Made by a program: the position numbers and the translations under genes. Below the pieces are notes generated by a model, which was not told where the DNA came from, ran no database searches, and worked only from the letters and a program-made list of their open reading frames with translations. DNA of 58,916 bases, counting the filler, from Basidiobolus ranarum (lineage: Eukaryota): assembly GCA_040143965.1 (NCBI GenBank). It is 6 parts of 6 records of this genome, joined end to end, with 100 filler letters (N's around TTAATTAATTAA, not from the genome) between each part and the next. Parts side by side here need not be neighbours in the genome. Positions count along the whole stretch, not along the records: positions 19,713 to 29,453 come from JASJQH010007663.1; positions 29,554 to 39,285 come from JASJQH010007664.1; 4 more parts are not named here. One strand, given 5' to 3'. Within the stretch, counting starts at the first letter, position 1; every line of letters begins with the position of its first letter. Of this stretch, positions 24,471-36,547 are shown piece after piece.

Positions 24471-25658
24471 ATGCCCTTTGAGCTTTCTGATAATATAAAA
24501 AACACCATTGCCGGCGCCAGTGCTGGTTGTGTAACCTCTATCATAACTTGTCCTTTAGATGTAGTGAAGACAAGACTTCAGAACCAAGGAAAACATGAGG
24601 GAGTAAATGCATATAGAGGCACTTTGGGTAAGTGCTGAATAATTGACTTTGTAAAATCGTTTCCCTCATACTATAACTCACATTTATAAGGCTCTTTATC
24701 TCGTATTTGGACCGAAGAAGGAGTACGCGGGCTTTATCGAGGGCTTGGTCCAACGATTTATGGATACCTTCCAACTTGGTCAATTTATTTTAGTGTCTAC
24801 AACAACCTTAAAACTGGATTGGGAGAATGGACAGGTACTTGGTACTCTCTAGTGCTCACTATATTTCACTTGTTAAGCTATGATATTCATTGTAGGGAAG
24901 ACAGCTGACAATGTTATTGTTCACGTATTTTCGGCCATGGGGGCTGGTGCAGCAAGCTCCATAATGACTAACCCACTTTGGGTTATCAAGACTCGTTTCA
25001 TGGTACTTTAATGGTCAGGTTTCATTGGAGATGTATTTGTTCTAAATTTTAGTTGTTGTGTAGACTCAGTCGAAAACTACAAATTATCATTACAAAAATA
25101 CTTTAGATGCCTTTGCTACTATACGGAGAGAAGAGGGGCTACGGGGCTTCTACAAAGGGTTGACGCCGAGTCTATTAGGAGTATTCCATGTAGCTGTTCA
25201 ATTCCCTCTGTACGAACGGTTAAAGTTAATACTGAGTACGTCATTTACGACCGTTGCCATTTCAATACCAAAACTAATAGAGGCTTTTTTACGATAGAAT
25301 CCGAAGATCTCGAATCATTTGGAACATCAGCGATCTTAGTTGCTTCATCCTCTTCCAAGATGGCAGCCAGTATAGTTACATACCCTCATGAGGTATCGAT
25401 CATCATAATAACTCTTCAAAGAAAACTCATCTCACTCCCATTATCTACTCATAGGTAATCCGTACGCGTCTTCAGAATCAAACAATGCGCCCCTTCAAGT
25501 ACATTGGCGTTATTCAGACTATTCGGATGGTTTATCGGGAAGAAGGATGGACTGCCTTCTACAAGGGGATGCCTACCAACCTAATTCGAACGGTTCCTGC
25601 TAGTGCATTAACCATTTTGACATATGAACTGATAGTGATGAAACTGAACTCTCTCTAA
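24471..25658 (+). CDS. Mitochondrial NAD+ transporter-like carrier (NDT1/YIA6 class); 6 exons
   Basis: CPLDVVKTRLQ...GLYRGLGPTIYGYLPTWSIYFSVY...TNPLWVIKTRFM|TQ...LLGVFHVAVQFPLYE...SKMAASIVTYPHE|VIRTRLQ...NLIRTVPASA. Missed by the ORF track because of short exons. Confidence 0.9.
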
Positions 25659-26651
25659 AAACAACAACAGTTTCTCCATTTGTTAATACCAGTTTATGAC
25701 CGCTATAAAATTAGCATATGCCCACTACACTCTGAAGAAGTCAGTTCGTTAATATTCAGGCTCAACACCACGCGGGTTACTTTGCATGACAGAAACAGAT
25801 ATCTGAGCTCTCGGAAGTATAGTTAGCCATAGGCTAGAGAATAAAATCTTTACCCCATCCCTGGACAATGTGGTGTAACTATTTCGTGACATCACATTAA
25901 TATATAGTAACAGTCTCTAAAGCTACCTCAATTACTACTGACCAATCTCAACCAATTTGAGGATTAACATTTGAAATTTATGTGGGAAAAGCCGTGAACC
26001 CAGGGTTGTTCAATCTAACGTAAACTCAAATGACGCTCTATTGAACCATCGTGCGGACAAATCTTGTCCGCTGATTAGCTAATAGCTACTCTGTTAAAAA
26101 TAGTAGAAATCGGCAAATGGTACCCAGAATTGTGGTAAATGGGAGCTATAACAGTCCTCACGCCTAACGGTGTCTGCAATACAGTAAGAGTGATGAAGTT
26201 GACAGACTCGGTATACATCGTAAACTCTGCCAGAAATCTAAGCTAAGCACAACTGAGCTCACCAAGTAAAACATTAACCACGTAAATACTACCAAACATC
26301 AAGGCTCACTAGTTTAGGGCCTTCCTTTTCTTTCACTTGAGGCCGGTGAGTGGTGTGCGTGAGCTTCACAAGAATAATTATCACTTCTTGAAGCCAAGCA
26401 GACTTGGAATTGATTTTCATTTGTAGTAGAACGTAACCGGAATTCGAAGTACACGTATTGTGAGCATTTAGTGATAGTATAGGCAGCATCTGCATGGGTT
26501 CTAGCTCTAACTTAATAGGAACGATGCATCAGTAAGCATGCTCGAAGTTGACAATTCATTGGTTGAAACACTTTTCTGCGATGGATGATACAGTATATAA
26601 CGACTTCACCGAAGAGACAATTCAACATTGAAACAATACTAAGCTGCAACA

Positions 26652-29073
26652 ATGAAGTCCTTCACATCTCTAGTAGCGCTTCTTAGTGCCTCAAGATTAA
26701 TTATGGGTGAGTCACCTTCCTCCGTTTGTAAATGAAGCGATCTCTCTAACCCTGTCTGATGATTCTTTAGGCCAGCCCGTGGAAAACAAGGATTCCTTTA
26801 TTACCGATATCAGTCTTAAAGCGTGTGATAGTACTGCTTGTGAATTACCTGCACCATGGCATCGAATTCCTTTGGATTTAAACAAAGGAGCGGGTGGAAA
26901 ATATGTCTATCTCCACTACCGTAAAGAAGATAGCGCTAAGCCCGTGACAAACATCATTGTCTTGAAAGATACTGATGCGGTACCTTCCGGTTACCAGAAG
27001 GTTGCGATCAACATTAACGAGGGTACATCTAAGCCAAAGAGATACCTCGCCTATACAAATACTCTGACTTCTAGTGCCCCAATTCAAAATATACTCGTAA
27101 AACTTGGGACCTCGCCCCATGCTTTGGATGGCTATCGTAACTACGAATTCAATTTGAATGAAGGTGTCGGTAAGTTGGCTTATTATCTGTGCTGATCTCG
27201 AACGAATCACCTTTATAATAATCTTATTTTACGAACGCCCGATTATTTCTAAAATTTTAGGTGAAAAAGCTACTCTCTTCTATCAACCCAAGGTCGAGGA
27301 AGGTATGTCCTATTGTTTCTAGATGACTTTTAGTCTCCATGATAATGTACGTGCTCACATCAGAAACTCTAGTGCCTATTTCAGATATAGCAGTTGAGGC
27401 CTGTGATTCAGCTAACTGCGTAAAAGCTGGTTGGATCCGATCTGATCACGACCTAAACATCAATGCTGGTGGAAAGTTTGTCTACCTCTTCTACAAGCAG
27501 GAGAACACCAACAGCTATGTCAATGACATTAAAGCCTCGACTCAAACCTCTATTGCAGGTTACGAGCGAATTGCTACCGACTTGAATGCAGGTACCAAAG
27601 GCCAACCCGTCTACCTCTTCTACAAGAAGGGCACAGATCAGCCCATTTACTCAGTTACCTTCGAGAGCGGAAAGGATTTAGTCGATCCGTTTGGATACGT
27701 TAAGATAGATCAAGATCTGAATGTTGGTACAGGAGCCGACGAGGTTTATCTTTATTACCGCAACAAGCCCATTCGTAAGTAACCATTTAGCAAGATCAAT
27801 TTGAAGATATGTGTAACATTGTAGTACCTTAGAACTCCCTTCAACTCCGCAATTAAGTTTCCACAATGATGGAACATTTAAGATTCTTCAATTGGCTGAC
27901 CTGCATATGACTAGTCATCGGAGTCAGTGTTACGATGTTCCTACAGGTGGTGAGGTATGTACCGATTAGCAATGGATGGCAAACACAAGTCTCTAAATCC
28001 AGACTTGCCTTACAGTGGAGCGGTTGTACCAACCTAAAGACTCTGGAATTTGCCGAACGCATGATCAAAGCTGAGAATCCTGATGTCATTGTATTCACTG
28101 GAGACAACGTGATGAGTTCTCGTGATCCCAGAGCCAGTGTTCTAAAGTATGCCAACCTTGCCGCCAAACACGGAATTCCATGGGTATTTAGAAATCCACA
28201 TACAGAGGTTTTTTGATCCATTGACCAATTTTCTTATTCCCATGCAATTTTAGGCGTTTGTCCATGGAAATCACGATGATGAAGGTGATTTGTCTCGTGT
28301 GGAACTGACCCAGGCTGCTCTCTCGGTTCCTTACAACTTGGGACGTAATGGACCTTACAGTCTGTTTGGCTCAGGGAACTACTTCGCCCAAATTCTGGAT
28401 AAAAAGTAGGTTCTAATGTCACTTGGATATCTCATACAATATATACACAGGGTATTTAGCGCTCTAACAAAAATCAATTATTTAGCTCTCAGCCAGCCTT
28501 TACATTTTACTTTGTCGATTCTGGCGCGTATAACATCAACGGCGATGGATACGATTTCATCAAAGACAATCAAGTAAATTGGTTCAAGGAGACTTCCAAA
28601 CAACTAGTGAACCAACAGGGTAAAAAGCCGAATGCAATTGCCTTCTGGCATATCCCTACTACCGAATATGCTGAAGTAAGCAAAGTACCAGCACAGCAAA
28701 CTGGTGACAAGCGCGAAAATGTTTCCAGCTCTAAAACCAAATCCCCTTGGGTTGATGCACTACATGAATGTAAGTAAAAGTTATATAAATATATGCCCTT
28801 CAACTCCACACTAATCCGGTTTACTTTCAAGCTGGTGACGTACGCATGACTATTGTCGGTCATGATCATGTCAATGATTATTGCTTCCCCTACGTGGACA
28901 TGCACCTATGCTTTGGTGGTGGTGCTGGTTATGGTACTTACGGGGCAACTAGTAAAGGATGGGATCGTCGTTCGCGCATTATTCAACTCTCCAACTATGG
29001 TCAAAATATTAAGACTTGGAAACGCAAAGATGATGCTGCACTCTCTTCCTTCAATGAACAAGTTATTGTTTAA
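26652..29073 (+). CDS. Secreted DCR2/purple-acid-phosphatase-like metallophosphoesterase with two N-terminal MABP-like beta-prism modules; multi-exon
   Basis: Signal-like MKSFTSLVALLSAS. Six [DN][LI]NxGxG..(VY)LxY repeats. Then FKILQLADLH, VFTGDNV, GNHD, AFWHIP, GHDHVND, LCFGGGAGYGTYG and WDRRSR. Confidence 0.9.
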
Positions 29074-29301
29074 TATCTCTTCTACAATCCATCTATATCA
29101 GCATTATCCTTAGCAAGTAGAATATCCCGAAATGATCATATCAGCATCACAGATCTATAGCAATAGCAATATCAATAAAGATCCAATCTAACCTAACTTG
29201 GAGTAGCATTTTGTCCATTAGTTCCTGTGGAACCAGCGTAATAATTCCGGACTAGCATTTCAGTTTTAGTTAGGTTGTAGTATGCACACCAACCTATTAA
29301 C

Positions 29302-29453
29302 CGTTAAAGTATTTGGGAGCCTGTTGGAAGTGGTTTGGAGAATTAGAGGAATTGGTGGTTTTCACTTATTAATTTATTGAGTAGAAAGTTGACATTTATA
29401 GTTTTGTCAAGATGTAAACAAACTAACGTGTAGAATATGTTAAGGAAGGTCCC
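29302..29453 (-). mobile_element. LTR 3' portion at contig end
   Basis: CGTTAAAGTATTTGGGAGCCTGTTGGAAGTGG... is the reverse complement of the family 3' end and runs into the gap. Confidence 0.85.
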
Positions 29454-29553
29454 NNNNNNNNNNNNNNNNNNNNNNNNNNNNNNNNNNNNNNNNNNNNTTA
29501 ATTAATTAANNNNNNNNNNNNNNNNNNNNNNNNNNNNNNNNNNNNNNNNNNNN
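29454..29553. other. Assembly spacer
   Basis: N44-TTAATTAATTAA-N44. Confidence 0.98.
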
Positions 29554-30251
29554 AAGATTTGTGCATCTGGCCGAATTCCGCTGCGCTTCAAATCAATCAA
29601 ATTAGGGATCTTTATCTCAGTTAAGGTACCACCGAACGTCTCAACATGAGCCTTAACAAATTCGATCGCATCTTGTATTGCCACGATGTATTGGTTGTTG
29701 GTGCGAATCATTTCATTCTGAATCCCACAAAATTCAACTCTTCTCAGAGATGACATTCTTCTAACTATCGGCAAGTAAGGCCCCATGCCAAACATTGGCA
29801 AACAAATACTTTCAACCTTCTCCGCATTATGTTGGCAAAATAAAAGACTGAGGTTGCAGTCAATTCCACTTAGCAAAGATATCTCGTTTTTACTTGCCCA
29901 CTCCAAGTGATGAATCTCAGTGTAATAATCTAGATAATTTACTGTAAACGGGATAGTTGGTCTCGATCCTGTTAATCCCCACCTCAATATCTCACCCATA
30001 TCTGCTTTAGGCTTTGTGAGTTCTGATAGAAGGCTTGAAGAGGCAAGAAGAAGGTTCAGAATCTGTCTGGTTTCAACTTTCTCATCTTTACGCCAAAAGC
30101 AGGTACGGAAAGGATTCTTGTACAAAATTGATGCTGCTGCGTTAAAGAATACCTTATTGATTGTGAGCAAGGAATAGAGTGTGTGCTTATCGTGTGCGAA
30201 ATATGAAACGACAAGTGGAATTAGCTCTTCTGGTAATCGAATTTGAGGCAT
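29554..30251 (-). CDS. F-box-like/LRR family protein, copy 1 (3' part cut by contig edge)
   Basis: MPQIRLPEELIPLVVSYFAHDKHTLYSLLTINKVFF..ILYKNPF...PFTVNYLDYYTEI; paralog of the 33380 and 36548 ORFs. Confidence 0.8.
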
Positions 30252-31146
30252 GTTTGAAGTGGATTGCAATTATGATAGAAGAGCAACTATGCAGATATTA
30301 TATTGCTAAATCATAAATATATCGTATTAATTTCTTCAATTTAATATCCTTCAAAATACTGTTCGAGAACAAGAGAAGCATCATGAGTATCACTAAATCT
30401 GTTGTTGATATGTTGTTACAATGGAATTGACGTTCAATTCGGCACTAGCACAATCAATCATTTTTTAACAACGCACTCAGCTAATAAAGGGCTGAAAGAT
30501 TGAGGATTCAATAACAATAATGGACCGTAAAGCTTGAAATGAAGGAAGCTCTTATTGTTCCAAATCCTTATCGTGTAGTACCGTTTTAATGAGCAGACAT
30601 AGTGGCAGTTAAAACGATTCAAAAATAGAACAGTAAACCATCTTGATTTCTCATAAACATGATCTGGTGAGCATCTGTAATTATGTATACGAAGATCATA
30701 CATAAGCACCAGTACCAACTTTGGTTGAATATTGCATATTAAAATACTGATCGCAGCGTCCAAATAACCGATGAAAGGGTAAGAACAGTGGGTTTAATAC
30801 TTACTTCACATACGTAAATTTAAACACCAATCTTCTATCTCTCGATAAGTGACATTTCTTTCTGTTACCATTGTATGAATATAGAGTGATTCTATTCTCC
30901 TTTTAGGATGAAATTTTTTAGAAATATCATATGATAAACACAACTATCTATAAACGGATGACTACAGTAACATATGAACTTCATTAGGTCCATATAATAA
31001 CAAGTATTAGCTGTAAAAAATTGAAATTTTTCTCAGCGTCACCTCTTCCTTGTAGTTGGGGCTATTCTTTCTCATGTATTGATACTTTTATGTGTTATGA
31101 TGTTGGTCAGAAACTAACTATGAGTTAATGGTATTTAGGATAGGGA

Positions 31147-31963
31147 TCACTGACGCTTGGTATGTTTAACGAAGCCCATTACGGTTGCTCCATATCCAAT
31201 CAAGTCCTTCAAAATGCGTTCAGTGTCAGGCCAATGTGACGGATGATCTATGTTTTGAACCAGTGAGGGTTTTTGGATTGTATTTCTAATATTCGAACCT
31301 TCTATTCCATGATGGTCAGTGATATGGGTATGATTCATATCAGACATATATTTTTGGAAGAGAGTATAAAACGTATCCTCTGACATTTTCCACCATCCTT
31401 CGGTCATTGGTGTCATAGATAGTATCTCCAGGAACTCTGCAAAATTTAATTCTTCTCAGGGAAGACATTCTTCTAGCTAGCGGTAAGTAAGGCTTCATTT
31501 TTAGGATTGGAAGACTAATACTCTTGATTCTCTCCGCATTATGCTGACAAAATAGGATATTGAGGATGGGACCAATGCCGATGCCATGTATAGAGTAATA
31601 AAAAGAATCCCAGTTATGAATTTACAACTCAGTGTGATAAATCTCAGTGTAGTACTTTAGATAATTCACTGTGAACGGGGTAGTTGGGAGTTTCCGTTTT
31701 GTAAATTTCCATATTTCTATTGCGGATTCTTTCAGTTTAGATAAAAGATTCGATGAAGCTAAGAGAACGTATATGATCTATCAGTGCTTAACTGAATGAT
31801 GGTGCCTAGAGCAGAGACGGAAAGGATTGCTATATAGAATAGATGCAACTGCGTTAAAAAACAGTTTGTTAACTGTGAGCAAGGAATAGAGTGTATGTTT
31901 TTCGTGTGCGACAAATGAAATAACAAGTGGAATTAGCTCTTCTGATCATCAGATCTGTGACAT
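31147..31963 (-). pseudogene. F-box-like/LRR pseudogene with internal deletion
   Basis: MSQI**SEELIPLVISFVAHEKHTLYSLLTVNKLFF...PFTVNYLKYYTEI...MSSLRRIKFC jumps directly to the C-terminal W-MSEDTFYTLFQKYMS block. Several in-frame stops. Confidence 0.88.
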
Positions 31964-32873
31964 GTTTAAAGGAAAATGCAATTCTGAAAGTGTGAGGATT
32001 AAGTAGATATCGTACTGCTAAACGATGTGAGTCTTAGCCATTCAAAATGTTATTTATTTATATGGGCATAGAGCCATCACGTTTATCATTATACTTGTAA
32101 CTAAAATACTACGACAATGATTTCTAAGGCCAATTTAACCCTAATAAAATCAGCTATTTGATAACAAAGCACTCAGCTAATAAGTCGTTCAAAGGTTATG
32201 GATCATTGAATTCATCCATTAACGTAATGCGATATGTCATTAGAATACGTGAACATGAAAGCATCGTGGTCGTCACTAAACCTGTTGCTATAATAATTTC
32301 CAAATCCAATATATCTCTAACACAATCGAGAATCTGTTAACAAAGCACTCAGTTTGAGATGATTTAGTGATGAACATGACTGCAATAAATAGAATTACCA
32401 GAGAACTAATTCGTCACGTTTTTCCACATCAAAAGCCGAAGAGTCAAGTTTCAGGACAGAAAATTGAATTGTATTAGAAGAGACGAGCTTCTTTCAGGAA
32501 GTTTGAATGATTCTGGCAACAATATTTTTCAGAGACAAATGAATATTTATTCCATATTCTAACTTAGCTATAGAGCTTCTACAGCAATTCTAACACTTGC
32601 TGGGTAGGTAAAATTATTTTACAGACGAGATCAAGCAATAAAAGATCTGTACCGAACTCGACTTTTATAATTCTACGTAGCATATTGTATTACCTGACTG
32701 AAGTGGACGCTAATTCCTAGTTTTGTGTTTCAGGAGCGTGCAAAAATCGAGTACACTCTGTTTGCAATGATTTAGTGGTGAACATCAATAACAGAAAGAG
32801 CAGTGTAAAGTGTGTTCATCATTCTGACGTCTACAAGAGGTGACAGTTTAACATGTGAAGTACACTCAGCTTG

Positions 32874-33053
32874 GAGTCAGAGTCTATAGGAAAATTACGC
32901 CTTTCCACTGCCCATGAAAGTACTTGGTCTGATCAGATTAAAGTCAACTTGCTTCAACTTGGGGCAACGTTGAAGTAAAGACGACGAGCCCTACTCACGT
33001 ATTTCTCCAGCATAGCAAACTGATGAACCGTGAAAAACTAAGAGATGGTCAGA
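32874..33053 (-). pseudogene. Isolated internal fragment of an F-box-like/LRR gene
   Basis: Nucleotide similarity to ~34435-34612 (CTTTCCACTGCCCAT...GGGCAACG..GAAGTAAAGACG..CACGTATTTCTCCAGCAT). Confidence 0.8.
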
Positions 33054-33379
33054 TCATGACATGCTTAAAGTTTAATGCTATATATAGTACTACCTCGATC
33101 ATATTGAGACCATTGGTGATAGGTCAAGTTCCAACATATACACATACAATGATTGGATTTAGATATAAATTGAAGACATCACCAAGATACAGTAAGAAAT
33201 CGTCGAAAGATAGGATTTATTTTGCATATGAATTTTGATGCCATGTTATCTCATATTTACCTCATTATTCTACAGGGTATACATGGTAAATCTCATGCTC
33301 TAGAATTTATGATACAAAAATTATTCTAGTTGCTAAAGAATTTGGCATACTTTAATTACGATTATAATATGATGCAAAT

Positions 33380-35410
33380 TCAGCACCAACCTTGACTGAG
33401 AGATACAGAGCCCATTGAATATCTCACGGAATCAACAATACCATTACACCCCCACTGCACACCACTAGAATTACTTTCTTTTACATCCATTCCAAGGCGT
33501 TCAACATCAGCATCTGTGATACATAACGACGTACGTACGTAGTAAATATGGGCTAATTTTTGGGTTGCATGTATGATATCCATACCAGTTAATCCTTCTT
33601 TGCAGGCAATACGAATATCTGTAACATGGGACATATATCTTTGTAAAATAGCTGCTAAAGTTTCCCCTGAGAGTTCCCAATTCCCTTCAAGCGCAAACAT
33701 TGACCGTTGGCGGGGTTTCTTTCTTGATCCTGTTTCGCTCGTGTATTCTGTAGGTGAAGATATATTTGCTCCAATTATCTCATTCAAGGACAATGATCGA
33801 TGATGTCTATCTATACTGAGACTGAGACGTGTCAGTGGTGGGCATGAGTCTAATAAACGAAATTGAAAGAGGAAAGCTGCTTCCTCAGTCAGATCCAAAG
33901 TTGATAAATGCTGTAAATGCCAGTTCCAGGTCCATGTCGAGTTGGGTGAGTCTGGTGGACGTGTTGGAAAAGATAAGCCTGATTCCCTAATCATGGCTGC
34001 TCTTAGTAAAGGGGAGTGATTAAGTGAACCAAAGTTGAATTTGAAAGATATTTCTCCAGTCAATCTAATAATTTGAATTTTTGGTAGCCTAATTATTGGG
34101 CCAAATTCAGTTACAGCACTATTACCATCACCTTCACGTTGGTCAAATAAGCAAAGTTCTTCCAACAACGGGCAAAAGTTGAGTGATCCGAAGTCAAACA
34201 ATGAAAGATCTGCACTGAGTTCAATTCTGACAAGGTTAGGAAGTAACCAATCCCAAGAGAGAAGGTCAGGATCGACTTCGGTCAGTGGATCATATCTTAC
34301 GTGAATGTTCCTGATAGTATTCCTGAAAGCATAAGCGATATCCTGGACAACAGGAAGAGCAGAACAATCTGTACTCACCATGCTCACTTCCTGAAGAGGT
34401 GGCAATTTAACATCAGAAGTACTACTCAAATCAGAGCCAGATTCTATAAGCAAATCACGTCTTTCCACTGCCCATTGGAAAGTATTTGGTCTGGTCAGAT
34501 TAAAACTGGCTCGCTCTAACTTAGGGCAACGCTGAAGTAAAGACGCCGAGTCCCAGTCACGTATTTCTCCAGCATGACAAACTGACGAACCCCGAAAGAC
34601 TCGGAGATAATCAGTGGTGGAGTCTTGAAGACGCTGGCAAAAGTCATAGGAGTCATCCACTTCAATTACCTGGGGCCGCTTTAGGATATGAATTATGTCT
34701 TCAATATGAATATCTGACCCAATATCATTACGATCCAAGTCAGTGAAATCTGGGATCTTCATCTCAGTCAAGGTGTCATCGAAGGTTTCTACATGAAGCT
34801 TGACAAACTCGATAGCATCTTGTATTGTGACGATATTTTGGTCGTTGGTGTAAATTGTCTCATCATCGCGTTCTCTACGAAACTCGATTCTTCGCAGAGA
34901 AGACAAACTTGTAACTATTGGCAAATAAAGTTTCATGTCCAATATTGGCAAAGTAATACTCTTGATATTCTTCCCATTGTGTTTACAAAATAAGAGATTG
35001 ATCATTGGGCCAACTCTAAGGCTAGAGTCCCTTATAGTATAAGAAAAATATTTATAGTAAATACTTCCCCACTTAGAATAATCAATCTCGGTGTAGTAAT
35101 CTAAATAATTAACTGTAAATGGAGCAGTTGGAGGATCCCGCTTCGGAAAGTCTCTATCCAATATTTGTATCATGGGTTCTTTTAGTTCAGGTAGAAGGTT
35201 TGACGAAGCCAAAAGAAGGTATACAATCTCTGGATATCGGGCTTGCACATGCCTATAAAATGGATGGAAAGGGTCCTTGTATAAAATAGGTACGGTTGCT
35301 TTGAAAAATAACTTATTGACTGTGAGCAAAGAATGGAGTGTATGTATTTCGTATGCGAAGTGTGAAACGATAAGCGTAACTATCTCTGCTGATAATTGAG
35401 GTTGGGGCAT
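33380..35410 (-). CDS. F-box-like/LRR (RNI-like) protein, intronless, 676 aa
   Basis: N-terminal LSAEIVTLIVSHF..TLHSLLTVNK F-box-like motif. LRR-like segments LQRCPKLE, LLPNLVRIEL, NFCPLLEELCL and LDSCPPLTRLSL. Confidence 0.85.
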   Translation of the reverse strand: MPQPQLSAEIVTLIVSHFAYEIHTLHSLLTVNKLFFKATVPILYKDPFHPFYRHVQARYPEIVYLLLASSNLLPELKEPMIQILDRDFPKRDPPTAPFTVNYLDYYTEIDYSKWGSIYYKYFSYTIRDSSLRVGPMINLLFCKHNGKNIKSITLPILDMKLYLPIVTSLSSLRRIEFRRERDDETIYTNDQNIVTIQDAIEFVKLHVETFDDTLTEMKIPDFTDLDRNDIGSDIHIEDIIHILKRPQVIEVDDSYDFCQRLQDSTTDYLRVFRGSSVCHAGEIRDWDSASLLQRCPKLERASFNLTRPNTFQWAVERRDLLIESGSDLSSTSDVKLPPLQEVSMVSTDCSALPVVQDIAYAFRNTIRNIHVRYDPLTEVDPDLLSWDWLLPNLVRIELSADLSLFDFGSLNFCPLLEELCLFDQREGDGNSAVTEFGPIIRLPKIQIIRLTGEISFKFNFGSLNHSPLLRAAMIRESGLSFPTRPPDSPNSTWTWNWHLQHLSTLDLTEEAAFLFQFRLLDSCPPLTRLSLSIDRHHRSLSLNEIIGANISSPTEYTSETGSRKKPRQRSMFALEGNWELSGETLAAILQRYMSHVTDIRIACKEGLTGMDIIHATQKLAHIYYVRTSLCITDADVERLGMDVKESNSSGVQWGCNGIVDSVRYSMGSVSLSQGWC

Positions 35411-36547
35411 ACTTAAAGTAAATTCTTATTTCGAACAACTGATGAATAGCGCAGATATTATGGTACTGCGACTGAATATTTATTACTTCAATGCGCTGGA
35501 AATCTATGCATTGAAGTGCTACCTTCAAAATATCACCAAGTAATAATTTTCAAGCCATTGGTTTTATGCTGGGTACAAGTAGAACGCTAAAATTTGCTTG
35601 GTATTCCCGCGATTATCAACAACTTGAACACCTGGCGAGCATCTGTGACGCAATAGTTCAATTGGGACAATGATCATCAACCCATTTGGTGATTTACGCA
35701 GCCAATCGTAACTATGTCATGGTAGGGAAGACCTTCAAGCGCATTGCAATTGACTGAACGGAATCTGTCACACAGAGCGTAGTATGTATGTTGTGAACAT
35801 GGGACAGTTGCATTTATGCATACACATAAGTATTATGGAAGACAAATATTCCCAAGTATCATCCAATATTCAGTTGAGCAAAAAGATTTAGTGGCACTTA
35901 ACAATAGTTATAAAGGCAGGTGGAATATATAATAGCTACCATAATTATGCTCTTGATGGTACTCCTGGATCATAGGTATCCTTTATAATAGTAATAATAA
36001 CGCAATGCTTACACATCATAACATCCTCACTGGTCATTTCTCCTTTCTGTACCTTACTCTACATCTCAACCACAGTGATGGTGAAGTATCTGATTTAATT
36101 AGTATAGAAGAGTGCTTTGCCATATTCAGCATATTCTATTAGAGACTACCCAACATGCCATTGAGGAAACTATATGTCTTGATAAAGGGATTGCTCCATA
36201 ATAGATACTACATGATGGTATGAAAATTCTACATTTTATTATTAATTATGCGGCATAAGCTTACACATAGAAAGTCATGAAAGCATAGGAGGAATAGTAT
36301 GCTATATTTATTGAAGCTGAAATATTTGATGGCATCAAGTAATAGTTACCAGTACACCTTTGGACTATGCGGTATATAACAGTACAATGGTCGATGTTCA
36401 ACTACATTCATATTGCATGTAATAAAAAAATTCCAAAACTTTGGCAATTGAAAGGTGGCATTAAGGGGCTACAGGTACTGGATCACAATCACAACTGTAA
36501 GTCCCTGTGTCATCCAATGAATATCTCTTCCTCAAATGAGGCCAAAA

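Noticed and set aside
6524..25658. Apparent mitochondrial gene cluster (three carriers + IMP2)
   Set aside because: It spans three probably unlinked contigs; only the SAL1/NDT1 pair is physically adjacent.
29302..30251. LTR insertion disrupting F-box copy 1
   Set aside because: The LTR and the gene are on opposite sides of an artificial spacer.
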